Shown here piece by piece: positions 1 to 11,947 of a stretch of DNA of 32,000 bases. The stretch spans positions 390,001 through 422,000 of the forward strand of contig NW_008806280.1 of assembly GCF_000400465.1 (NCBI RefSeq), read 5' to 3'. The translations under genes and the position numbers were made by a program. Each line of letters opens with the position of its first letter. The stretch's first letter is position 1. Under the pieces are notes generated by a model. It did not search any database. It had not been told where the DNA came from and saw nothing but the letters and a program-made list of their open reading frames with translations. Source of the DNA: Wallemia ichthyophaga EXF-994 (lineage: Eukaryota > Fungi > Basidiomycota).

Positions 1-134
1 CCACTTATCACCGCAAGGATTGTTACAAGCACGTTGTGGACATTACACGGACGTTGTGGAGGTGCTTCAGATATGCGGAGACTTTTAATATCTTTAGAGG
101 CTTAAAGTTATATAAAATGTTGTCACCGCGGTTG

Positions 135-149
135 TTATCAGATTGATAA
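135..149. promoter_or_regulatory. Inverted pair of GATAA sites including an ATCTGATAA match, upstream of the kinase
   Basis: ttatca-gat-tgataa palindrome. The reverse complement of 135-143 is ATCTGATAA. Function not demonstrated. Confidence 0.3.
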
Positions 150-322
150 TCTTGGTGAATAAAATTCAAGTTTGAGCAAGGAGGCATTAAATTCGATTAG
201 GCAATCAGTCTTCTCCAGATATCCTCCGCAGCATACACGCATCACTCACCGTCAAATTGTCATGTGTTGAAGCTATATTTCTAGTTCAGCTGGTCATCCC
301 CGCTCCATCATCACAAATTTAG

Positions 323-1555
323 ATGTCCAGTGAGTCGTGGGCTTTTATGTGCCTAAATCACTAACACGCATCCTCAGATGCCGCTTCTTCAATCAGCCCC
401 GCCTTGGAGTTTTTAAGCGGCTTCTCCTACACCAGCAACTCCCCTCCATCGCGGGTCAACGAAGGCGACAACGTTGACGATTTCGTCATTGGCTCTGTTT
501 TATCTTCAGGCTCATCAGCTCTGGTCAGAAATGCCAAACATTTGCCTTCTGCGACCGCTGTCGCCGTCCGTATCGTCTACCAATCCAACAACTCTCAAAT
601 TCGCTCTGAAATTGACCGCTGGCTCAGTCTCAATCATAATAACATTCTTCCCTTACTTCACTTCTCAGAACTTTCAGATTTTCTTCTCACTTTTTCCCCT
701 ATTTGCAGCACCACTTTACTCAGTTATATCAACAAATACCACAGCACCGGTATGTCGCTACGCAAGACCCACAATATCTTCAATCAACTTGCTTTAGGTG
801 TGAGATATCTCCACCAGCAATGCTCTTTAGTCCATCGTGATCTTAAGCTGGAAAACATACTTCTCGACAGCGCGGGTAATTGGGTTATCAGTGATTTTGG
901 TCTTTCTCAATCTCTCGAAGAGACAGAGTCGTTAGGTGATATGGGTAGCTTGCCATATGCTTCACCCGAGCTTATTAAACCCCCACCTGAACAACTAACC
1001 ACGGTTGAGTGGTTCGATTTACTCAAAAAAGCTGATGTTTGGGCTTTGGGCTGCATTTTGTACGCTCTTCTCTCGGGCAAATTACCATTCGCCGATGCTT
1101 TCGTCCCGCGTCTACAGATGAAAATCCTCGGTGGTAACTATAAGCGCCTAAACTCAATTTCACGATCGAGGGAGCGAAGCAACACACGCTCTCGCAGTCG
1201 CTCAAGGGTAAGGGGGACAGACGAAGCTGCCGAATTAGCTGCTATGGGCGTACTAGAAATGTGCTTGACTCCAGTTGCTGATTTACGCCCGTTCATTCAA
1301 GACGTCCTTGACACTGAGTGGGTGGCTAGCGGATATGCCACACGCGCTCTTGATCCACCGGCACGCAGAATGCGGTCCAGATCCTCTTCGCGCAACAGAT
1401 CGAGTAGATCAAGATCACGCTCACGGGCTAGAAACCCTATGGTTGCAACTCCTATGAGCAACCTCAGTCCAGTAAACGAGCAAGTCAATGGTGACGGTGC
1501 AGACGAAGAGCGCGAAAGAGGCAGACCTACCATCAAAAGGGCTTTAGCAAAGTAA
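323..1555 (+). CDS. CAMK-group-like Ser/Thr protein kinase fold, probably a pseudokinase, with RS-rich segments (394 aa)
   Basis: ATG 323. Intron 330-377 (GTGAGT, branch CACTAAC, CAG) joins in frame to ORF 404-1555. HRDLKLEN, DFG and GSLPYASPE are present. The beta3 motif reads VAVR instead of VAxK and the G-loop is degenerate (LSSGSSALV). Confidence 0.9.
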
Positions 1556-1626
1556 TACTACTTATTTTGATAAAAGGACAGTCGTTACGTTTTGATAATG
1601 TTGTAAAAAATGATATGTACTATAAA

Positions 1627-3076
1627 CTATCCGTCTATTTGCTGAGGTTGGGGTGTGCGGTATTCGTATTCGTCAGTCAAAGCATTTCTATGTCGCTCTA
1701 CGCTGCAAAATGCTTGACCGAGTATAAGCAGGGCTTTGGCCCGTCTATGTAGCGTGACTGTGTCGGCATCATCAAGTAACTTATCACAGACCTATTCTTC
1801 GTCAGACACATTTGCGCGCAAAAAAAAAAAAAACCTCTTACCTCGCGCACTACGGACTGAATTTCCAGTGAAGTGCCTTTAAAGAGTGCTTTGAGACCCT
1901 GTACATTGTTAGTCAAGTGAAATATACAAAAGAAGTACTTTGACCTTGTCTGCTGCATCATCCTCCAACACTCTACGCTCATCTATACCAACGCCATCTT
2001 TTTCAGCGTTTGCTAGGGCATCGAACGACTTCTTCAACTCAATAGCAGCGTTGAGTGTCGATATCGACTCACTAAACACCGCATACTGACCCTTGGCATT
2101 TTGCATCCAGCCACCCAGCCCCCATCCAGATCTCCAGTCAGGGTTGTGCGACGACAGCCATGCTCTGCTCTTATTAACATAGACTGCACCCAACGTCTGT
2201 ACCATCTCCCAACCAAATGACTCGCTTGAAAGTGTTGTAGCTTCTATTTCACTGAGTGCGCGGTAAGATGCGTCAACATGAACCGATTCCAGTGCCTCTG
2301 TGTGGATTGAGAGCTGAGCGTGTGTGATATGAGTGGTGATTAGGCGGTTATATAAAGTAGCAAACACACTTTCATAATCAGATTATGTAGCAGTGTATTT
2401 ACACGTTTTTCACGTTCTAGAGCTGCCTGTATGCAAATATTAACATCAAGACTTTAATGTCTCACTCTTCTTCACACTCACCACCTGCGCTTTAGCTATT
2501 TTAGTCTGCGACAAGCGTGTTTTCTCGCGCGTCTTATCCTCCACTGTAAAACTCTTGCTAGCCTCAATCTCAGCATGTTCGCGCAACGCCTCACGCATCT
2601 CTGCACCGATGGAAATTTCACCAACCAAATCTTTAAACCTGCCACCACCAAAGAAAGTCGAGAAGAGTGTTTCTGGGTCGGTAAATGATTGATTCCCGCT
2701 GATTTCTACGATGTTATAACCATTATTGTCGTATCTTTTACGAGTATCGGGATTGCTTAGAATTTGGTATGCTTCGGAAAGTGTTTTGAACTACAGCAGT
2801 AGTGTGAGATGTACTCACTCATCACTGATGTGGTCCCATTTCTCACCTTCTCTTCTGCTTGTGGATCGCCCATATTCTTATCGGGATGCGAGGTGAGTGC
2901 GTGCTTGCCTGGTGTCCCTGTGAGCATACACCACACATCACACCGACTACACCCCACTTACGATAAGCTTTCTTGATTTCGGCATCTGTTGCATCCACGT
3001 GGATATCGAGAAGTTGATAGCTGAGTAGATGGCTTAGCTGATACTACATATTAGCACCATTTACAGACAAATTCAT
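1627..3076 (-). CDS. Djp1/Caj1-type J-domain (DnaJ) co-chaperone with DnaJ-X domain (363 aa, 8 exons)
   Basis: Spliced model gives MNFYQLLDI..EIKKAYRKHALTSHPDK..FKTLSEAYQILSNPDTRKRYD (J domain with HPD), then FGGGRFKDLVGEISIG and GLKALFKGTSLEIQSVVREVCDKLL. Introns: 3021-3068, 2909-2961, 2791-2846, 2427-2481, 2314-2369, 1899-1938, 1792-1841. Confidence 0.88.
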
Positions 3077-3123
3077 TCATAAAATTTGGGATCTTGGCTG
3101 TTCACTCTAAACGCCTAACAGTC

Positions 3124-6100
3124 ATGGACGATTTGACAAATAGGCCGCACAATTTGAAGCACGAAGACGACGACGACGTGCAGATTAGATCAGATATAAA
3201 TCTCAAGAGGAAAGAGAGAGAGAATGACGACGACGAAGTACAAGTCGTTAGTGAGCCAGATGTATGTGAAGATACGCGAACGAAATGTGATTTTAACGCG
3301 TGACTTATAGCCAATGATGGAATCACTCAAAAAGCTGCTATCTAAATCAACCCTGTATTCCAAAATTCTCCAGAAAAAGATGTCTGATCCCTCTCAGCCG
3401 CCACCACCCAAAGAGAAAGAAGAAGTCAACGAGTCGGATACAAAGCCAGATCCGAAGCCACAGTCGAGGGCTGTTAGAGTCGACGATAAATCCATCGCTC
3501 CCCCAGCTGCTCCCTCAGTTCCCTCCCCCGAAAAGAGGAAGTCATCGCGCCCTAATGCCGGTATCAATGCTCAAATGGAGAAGAACAAAAGAGAGGCTGA
3601 AATGCGTAGAGAAGCTATCGAGGCACGCAATAAAAGGAGTCTTCGTTCACAGAGAAAGAAAGATGAGTTGGACAAAAAAACTCGTGGCACAGCACGCAAA
3701 GCTAAAGACAAACCGAGAATTGAGTTCTCAGACTCTGAGGAGGAGCAGAGCAAAGATAAAAACAATAAGAAGGAAGAAATTCTTTATAGAGACGACCTCG
3801 AGTCTGATAACGCACAATCTGATTATGATCAACAAGAAAGGGAAGACAGTGAAGACGACGAGTATGACGATAAGCCGAAGCACTCCAAGGTTGTCGTCAG
3901 TTCATCAGAGGAAGAGGAAGATGAAGAAGATAACGACCAAGATCTTCCCCATTATCCCGGTCAACCTGCTCTAGTATCTGGCACAGAGCTACGTGACTTC
4001 CAGAAAAACGGTGTCGAGTGGCTTTCTACCCTTGACTCTAACGGCTTCTCTGGTATTTTGGCCGATGAGATGGGTCTCGGTAAAACACTCCAGACTATCA
4101 CTTTCTTAGCTAAACTCATGGAAGATGGCAGCAAAGGTCCCTTCCTTATCATCTGTCCTCTTAGTGTTGTCAAGAACTGGATAAACGAGTTCGCCAAGTT
4201 CACTCCAAAGTTACAACCGGTTATGTATCACGGTGACGCCAAGAAGCGCGCCGCAATCCGTCAAGAAATGAAAACGCGTGGATTCTTTAACCCTAAACTG
4301 AAGAATAAGTGGGCATTACAGCCTAGGATTATATGTACGACTTACGAGATGGCTATTCGCGATGCACGTACATTCAGGAGAATTGAATGGCGGTATATTG
4401 TCGTAGATGAGGGACACAGGCTGCGCAATATCGAGACGAAGCTTCTCAAAGAGCTAAAGACTTTTGTCAGTGCAAACAGACTGATAATCACTGGTACACC
4501 GCTTCAAAACAACCTCAAGGAACTATGGAGTCTACTCAACTTCTGCTTGCCTCAGTTGTTCGATGACTTGGAATCATTCAATACCCTCTTTGACTTCAAT
4601 AGAGTGAACAGTGACGAGAATGGCAATTCCGAAGAAAGGCAAAATGAGACTGTACAGTTGATGTCTACGCTGCATGAAATCCTACAGCCATTTCTCCTGC
4701 GTCGTCTCAAGTCAGATGTAGCTAAAGGCCTTCCGCCCAAGAAGGAATATGTGCTTTATGCACCACTCACCCAGAAACAAAAGTCCGTATACGACGCCAT
4801 TCTTAATCGTCAAATTAGATCAGCTATTTCTGATCTCAAGACTCACGGTGATATTGATGGCGAAGGAATGAGAAAAGAAGAAAAGGGCGACGAAGTTCTT
4901 GCCCCACGTGCATCCAAATACCGCAAGAAGCATGCGAACAATGATGACATGAAAATTGATGACTCGAAATCAGATTCAGAAAACCTAAGTCCCACTAACA
5001 ACGCGAGTGACGGAAACAACAAGTCAATCTCAGCGTATTTCACTAAACCTAAATCCCAAGCTAAGACCAATGACGATGACAAAAGCAAGATTATAGTTAT
5101 AGAAGACAGTGATGATGACGACATAAAATCCCAGTCAGCTAAAAAAAAGGAAAAAAACGCAGATGATACGATTAAGACTGTCGAAAATGGCAAGGATGAT
5201 AAAATGGAGGATGATGATTTCGAAGCAATGTTGATAAAAGAAGCTGAAGATCATCGCCTTCGTGAGGAAGTTGCTAATGGCAAACGCAAATCTTTACAAG
5301 CAGCTCGCGACGCTGCGAAGAAGGAGATGGGTAATATGAAATTCGAGAATCTTGTCATGCAGGCGCGCAAGATATGCGCACATCCCTATATTTTCCATTG
5401 GGATGTCAATGAGGAGAATGAGAAGACTGTGGGGAGAGATCTAGTCAATGCGTCTGGTAAAATGATGCTTTGTATGCGTTTATTGGAGGAGTTGAAGTCT
5501 AGAGGACACAAGACACTTATATTCTCTCAATTTGTCACTTTGCTAGATATTCTTGAAGGTGAGTTAAAAAGCTTTAATTGAACATCGCTTCTCACTCTCC
5601 GCAGACTACCTCGTCGATGGACTCGGCTGGAACATTTGTAGATTAGACGGTAGCACATCACAAGAGGAGCGCGAGTTGCAAATTGATCTCTTTAACAATC
5701 AAAGTGACTATGATCCAGACGCACCAAAGGTCTTTTTACTGTCAACAAGAGCTGGTGGGCTAGGTATTAACCTTGTCGGTGCGGACTCGATCATTTTCTA
5801 CGACAGCGACTGGAATCCTCAAGTAGACATCCAGGCTATGGACAGAGTACACAGGATAGGGCAAACAAAACCAGTTCTGATTTTCAGATTAGTGACTAAG
5901 AATTCTGTCGAACAGAAGATGATGACGACTGCCAAAGGGAAACGCAAACTTGAGTCGATGGTCATCTCACAAGGTCATTATAAGCAAGACAATAGTGGAA
6001 AGAAGGTCAATACAACGCACGAACGCTTAACTAAAGCCTTGGACGAGCTTGATATTACTAATGTTAGGACAGCTACTGATGACGAGAAGCTTATCAGTGA

Positions 6101-6350
6101 TGAAGAGATGAATCAGCTACTGGATAGGTCTGATGAAGCTATGAAGAGAGAACAGGGATGGACGCACGGTAAAGGTGCCAGTGATATTGCTCAAGTTATG
6201 GGCTTAGCGAATGAATCAAATGGCGATGACAACATTAAGATGAATGACTTGGATGATCAGTCAGCGCAAGAAAGCTCAAACTTACCATCCAATGTGGCTT
6301 CAGCTGAGCCATCGAGAGCTGTCTCAGAAAACACAGAATCCCATAAATAA
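3124..6350 (+). CDS. IRC5: Snf2-family ATPase, Lsh/HELLS/Irc5/DDM1 subfamily (1043 aa)
   Basis: Motifs GILADEMGLGKT, VVDEGHRL, TGTPLQNNLKELWSLLNF, FLLSTRAGGLGINL and SDWNPQVDIQAMDRVHRIGQ. N-terminal LKKLLSKSTLYSKIL helix is typical of Lsh. Introns 3262-3310 and 5559-5604 join ORFs 3094, 3314 and 5676. Confidence 0.88.
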
Positions 6351-6392
6351 TATTAATTTATTGCTTTATAATACATTATTATCTGTACAAAA

Positions 6393-9300
6393 TCACTGTC
6401 TCTTAAATTGATTGAGTCTTCCCCTCAAGTCGCTGATTTGAGTATTTTGAGAGTTCTGCTGTCGTTGTGAAGACCTGCGCGAGTTAGGATCTCTACTATC
6501 CGTAGTACCAGACGCTGATCCTGATTGATGGCTTTGAGATTGAGGTTGAGAATGAGGCTGTGAAGCGTGTCTCCTAGGAGTAAACGCTTTGTTTTTACTC
6601 AAAAGGCTCGGTTGTCTCTTTTGTGGTGTACCCGATATTGGCTCGGACTTTTTGCGACTTCTGGTCGCTGGTGACGCCTCTGCTTGACTTGGATTTGGGT
6701 TTTTACGAGGCTGATGCTCTTCATCATCATCGTCTCTAAGTCTCTTCTTAGCGTTGGCACGTGGCGATGCACTACCTTTAGAGGCTTCGCTTGATTTCTT
6801 TTGAGTCATTTGTGTAGTATACGTGCTCTGAGTGCTTTGTGTTGCATGTCTCGTTCTAGATACTATTTCAGAAGACGTTGAAACCTTGGCATCGTCATCT
6901 TTCTTCGAAGAGCCAGATTGGGAACCTGGTTTTGGATGCTCCTTGATAGCAGCTTTGAGACGGTCGACCTGGCTATTGAGTCTCTTAACTGTCTTCTCAA
7001 GCTCAAGACACTTATCTTCAGCTTCTTCCGTCATCTGCTGAGCTGACTCCAAGCCTGACTCTAGCTGCTGTATGCGTTCGCGAGCCTCTTCAAGTTCTTC
7101 ACTGTTTGAGCTGTCAGAGGATATTTAGAACGTCGTGAAATAGTACTCACGCATCAGCTGTCGCTGATCCTGATCCCCCATTTTGGACCTTATTTAGCAG
7201 CTCCTCCTTTTCTGATTCCAAGGTAGCTAAACCATTACTTGCCACAACCAACTCTTCTTCCTTGCTTGAAATAATAACCTTGTACTCATCAACCTTTGCA
7301 TTACTAGCTGACACGGAAGTGATAGCTTCATCACGCTGTTGTGTTAGTGCTCCGATTTCAGCTTCCAATTTGCCAATATCCTCAATAGCAGCTGATTGTG
7401 TGGACAGTGCGTCATTAAGGGTGAAAATTTCAGCTTCCCTTTCTGTGACAAGATTAACATTCTCGTTGAGTTGCTTTTCAACTTGCTTCAGTTGCTCAAT
7501 CACCTCGCTGTAGCGACTGCTAGTCTCCTCAGCTTCACGAAGTAACGTCTGATCAGTCTCAACCTTTGCTAAGAGTTCATCAAGTTTAAGACGCTTTGAT
7601 TCCATTTCATCTTCTTTCGATTTGATGACTTGTTCAAGCTGTGTCCTCAGCTGACTATCTTCCTCGAGTTTCACGTTGAGGGTTGTGATTTGTTCATTCA
7701 ACATACTTCTCTCATTTTTCGCACTTTTGAGGAGTGTGTCGTATTCAACTGAAATTGCGATTAGTAAATTGCAAATAGCAAAGCCAGACACAACAAACTC
7801 ACCTCTGCTCTCCTCAATCAACTTTGTCGAGCTATCAAGCTGCTGAGTAAACTGTTCACGCTCCTCTTGCAACGCCTTGAGCTCCTCACTAATCACCTTA
7901 TGCTCCTCTCTGAGTTCTTCGTAGGCTTCGCTATCAACCTCATTGCGTCCTTCTTCAACACTCCTCAACTTTTTCTCTAAGTCCTCAACTGATCTCGTCA
8001 ACTTACTTGACTGTTCATGAGAAGAAAGTAGTAATTGCTTTTGATGCTCCACTTCACCATCATGTGTGTCGATCAATCGGTTAAGTTCCTCCTGCTTATG
8101 TTCGTACTCGCGTGTAATCTTCTCTAGCAAAGTAGTAATCTCTTCGAGTTTGATATTATCACTAATACGATCTTGACGGAGAACTTCCAACTCGGTTTCG
8201 ATGTTAGCTGCAACTCGCTTCTCATTTTCCGTTTCAGAGTCTTTTTGAGATTTATAGCCGTCAAATTCATGTGATAGTGTGGCGTGGTCGTTCTTTGCAA
8301 TAGTGAGTTGCTGCTGGAGTTCAGCGATGCGTTCGGAGTGGTCGTGGGTAATAGTAGACAACTCAGCTTCGACTTCCTTGACACGCTCGGAGCGAGTGTC
8401 TGTCATCGAATCGAGTTGCTGGTGGAGTTGAGCGATATTTTCATCGTAAGTGTGCTTTGCAGCAGCCAGCTCAGTTTCTACTTCCCTGACACGATCGGTT
8501 TCATTAGAGTGAGTGTCCGCCACAGAAGCGAGTTGCAGCTCAAGACCAGCAACACGCACAGCATGTTCCTCAGCCATCTCCTCAGCCTTGTTTTGCAGAT
8601 CAGTTATAAGTTCAGAAGCCACTCTGTGCTCCTTCTTAGTGGCGAAAATGACCTGCGCCATAGCGTGCAATTTAGATTCGTGCATCTCGTGGGTAATGTA
8701 CTCGGCCTGCAGTGCGTGGAGCTGCTTCTCCTGCTTCTCCTCATTCTCCTGATCAGCTTTTTTGAATTCTTCGTAGAGTATGCGGATACGCTTCTCGCTT
8801 TCATTCACAGCTTCATTTAGTTTCTCGTCACGTTCAGCTATGGCTTCACGTAGCTGGCGCTCTAGCTGCATAATACGACCACGTAGCTCGTCATGCGTTG
8901 GTTGACGCTCAGCGAATAGCTGAGCGATAGTCGCGTCCGTTGAATGATCAGCGATACTGCCATCACGATGGTTTTCACTCCGATTGAGAACTTCATCTGC
9001 CATTACAGATTCATCGAAATAGCCTCGGCTCTCATTCGACATGCTTCCTTCTGCGGCCTGGCCCATGCTCAATCCGATTCCAGTAGCGAATAGGGAATTG
9101 TTGATAGTGTTGTTGGATGTCGGCTCATCTTCACTGCTACTGCCAATATCAACCACTTCTCCACTGAAGCTTTGCGACGGTTGCTGGTTGCGTTGCTCTA
9201 TACCCTCTCTAAAGAGATTGTTGAGTGTGTCATTGCCACCAACTGAAGATCTCATGCTTTGTTCCCTAGTTTGGTTTGCACTCTGCTCAAACAAGTTTCT

Positions 9301-11871
9301 GAGGGTTGAATTGCCGAGAGTCGAATTACCAAGAGTCGTGTCACCACCAGCTGACATGTTTTGGAGGTGTGCCACATTCTCCAAACTCTCGTTCAGCTTG
9401 GTTTCAAGATGGTGTACTTTCTCATCCGCCTTGTGGACTTGATCGACAAGCTCTCGTATACGCTCCTCATACTGTATCTCCATGGTGTGATACTCCTCTT
9501 TGTTCTTAGCGTCATCGACCATCACTTCACCTAAACTTTCATCATCGAGGTTCTTTTTCTGCATTTGGATCAATTTCTCGTCAAATTTCTTGCACGTCTC
9601 ATCGAGTTGGCGCTGCTTCTCTGAGTTGAGTTTCTCTATATCCGCAGCGTGTTGAGCTTTGAGTTCCAAAAGTACCTGCTCTTTTCCAGCCAAATGCTCA
9701 ACAAATTCATTCTTCTCGCTGCCAAGCCTCCTAACATTGGCTTTGAGGTCGGAGATAATACCATCGTGATGATCTTCATGGATTTGTATCGCAGCCTCCA
9801 CTTGACGATTGCGATCTTGGCTGCTATCTTGATGAGATTGCTTAACTTTGGACAATTCGATAGCATGCTCATTGCGCAAATTCTTTATCTCCTCTGAATG
9901 TTTCAGGCGGGTTTGGTTGAAGTTTTCTCTGATCGTATTGGACATGTCGGTCAGCTGTGACAATCTACTATCTGTGAATTTCGCTCTTTCATGTTCGCTT
10001 TCGAGAGCAGCGTTGAATTTACTATCAATCTCATCTATTCTAGCCTCATATGCCATGCGATCCTTATCAAACTCAACTGTAATTGACTGAACGCGATCTT
10101 GTGCAATACCATAGTTTACTTCAGCACTTTGCAATTTCTCGCGAAAATCATTTAGACGATCCTGCAATTTCTCAACAATCCCAACTGCTCCCTCCTGTAA
10201 TGTGAGATGATGCTCTTCCCAATCTTGCAAATCCTCTTTAAATTCCTGTGCTTCTTCTTGGGATGTTTTCAGAGCAGTCTCTAACTCTACAATTCTCTCT
10301 CGATGTCCGGAATATGAATCTTGAAGTGCTTTGTATTGAGCAGTAGCAGCATCAATCTTGATAAGATTTTGCGTATCAGTCTGCTCCATGTCCGTTATTT
10401 GTACCTTGGCTTGACTGAGAGATCTCTCGAGTGATTTCGTGGTCTCATTCGACTCATGTCTTGTTTGCTCAAGTTGGACGGCGATTTTCTTCATTTGTTC
10501 TTCGTACTCGTGGCACGTGATTCTGGAGTTTTTCAGTTCCTCAGTCAACTCGTTTCGCGTGTGTACCAAACTAGAAAGCTCTGTTTCATGCTTGTCCAAG
10601 TCCTTTTGATGAACTTGTTGTGAGAACTTTAATTCAGTCTCTGAAAAATGTGCTCTACCGAGGTTTTCATCGCGATCAGCTCTCAATCTGTGAATCATAG
10701 CCATCAGACGAGAAATTTCGGCGAGAAGTTTAGAATTTGAAGACATATTAAGGGCAGATTTAGACACTGGGGTGGACAAAGCATCTTCCAACTCGGATAT
10801 AGACATTTCGTCGTCTTTATTTTGTTGATGAGATGCGTTACTTTGGCTAGTTCTTGACTGCTCTTGAATAAGTTGGAGTTGCAACTGCCTTACCTCATTT
10901 TGTGCGCTCTCCAAAGCGACTGTCTTTTTATCTAACTCACCTTGAATGCTATCCGATTGAGCAAGGAGAGATTCAAGATTCTTTTGCGCCTCATGACCAT
11001 CCTGAGCTTCTTCTCGCAACTGCTCAATTTCGCGCTTAGAGGAGCGTGTTAAGGCCATAAGCTGATTCTGAGCCATATTCAAGTCTTGTTGAGATTTAGA
11101 TAGTTTCTCATTAAGACTTTCTATTTGAGAATTGAGAATTTCCTTGATTGATACCGAATCGCGTCTGTTAGATGAGGTGTTTTGATGTGAGGATAATTGC
11201 ATAACGTTGTCGTCAATCTCCTCGCGTAGTTTCTTGTTAAGAGATTCTGAAGCCATTAGCTGGTTTTGAATCTCAATCATCTTCTCAGATAACCGCGTCT
11301 GTTATGTTGATTAGTGAGGTGGTTGTAGAATAAGCGAGAGTAGCTACCTTGTCTGTTGTGGCGTCTTTGAGATTGGAATTTGCACTATCCAAGCGAGACT
11401 CTAGTAATTTAATAGCGTCATGATTAGAATGAGACGAATTGAGACGTTTCTCAAGGCTGCTCTCTGAAGACTGGAGGCCTCTGAGTTTAGCGTCTGAAGA
11501 TTCCATGGTAGTTTGACAGTTAGCCAGCTGTAATTTGAGTTTCTTTATTTCATCTGTGTGCTTGATGGAGTCATTCTCGAGTTTGTTAGCGCGTTCAGAT
11601 TCTCTAGAGGACTGTGGTGGGTGAGTGGATAGGAAACGCCTCAAGATAACAACCCACGCGATAAAGGGCGTCCTTGTAGTTGATTGACAGGTCGTTGTAG
11701 TCGTTATTAGCCATGAACAGCTTGTTCTCGTAAGAGCGTATATCATCGTCTGGAGATGGATAAAGATGGATATAAGATTACATCAACAACAGCATCACCA
11801 AACCCACCTTTACTAGTAAGCTGCCGTTGTAGCTTCTGGGTCTTGTCGTCGTCGTGTTGTGCAGACGACAT
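6393..11871 (-). CDS. Very long coiled-coil protein of unknown function, with a disordered basic/NLS-like C-terminus (1743 aa)
   Basis: ORFs 11285-11746, 7147-11280 and 6393-7052 join via introns 11750-11807, 11612-11657, 11299-11347, 7749-7802 and 7111-7150. The sequence is E/Q/K/L heptad-rich throughout with KKRLR near the C-terminus. No catalytic motif recognised. Confidence 0.85.
8305..8488 (-). repeat. Degenerate 108-bp (36-aa) tandem duplication inside the coiled-coil gene
   Basis: gagttgctgctggagttcagcgat at 8305 recurs as gagttgctggtggagttgagcgat at 8413. ctcagcttcgacttccttgacacg at 8362 recurs as ctcagtttctacttccctgacacg at 8470. Confidence 0.8.
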
Positions 11872-11947
11872 GGAGTTGATGGTGGTATCGGATCAACGGA
11901 AGACTTTTATAGATTTTTGGTTATAATTTAATAATTTAGTCTCTAGA

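Noticed and set aside
1-120. Open frames and a 10-bp direct repeat (acgttgtgga at about 30 and 51) at the window start
   Set aside because: Could be the edge of a neighbouring gene, but no recognisable motif and too little sequence to call.
1820-1833. Poly(A) run suggesting a retro-insertion tail
   Set aside because: It is the poly(T) tract of J-protein intron 1792-1841. No target-site duplication or element body.
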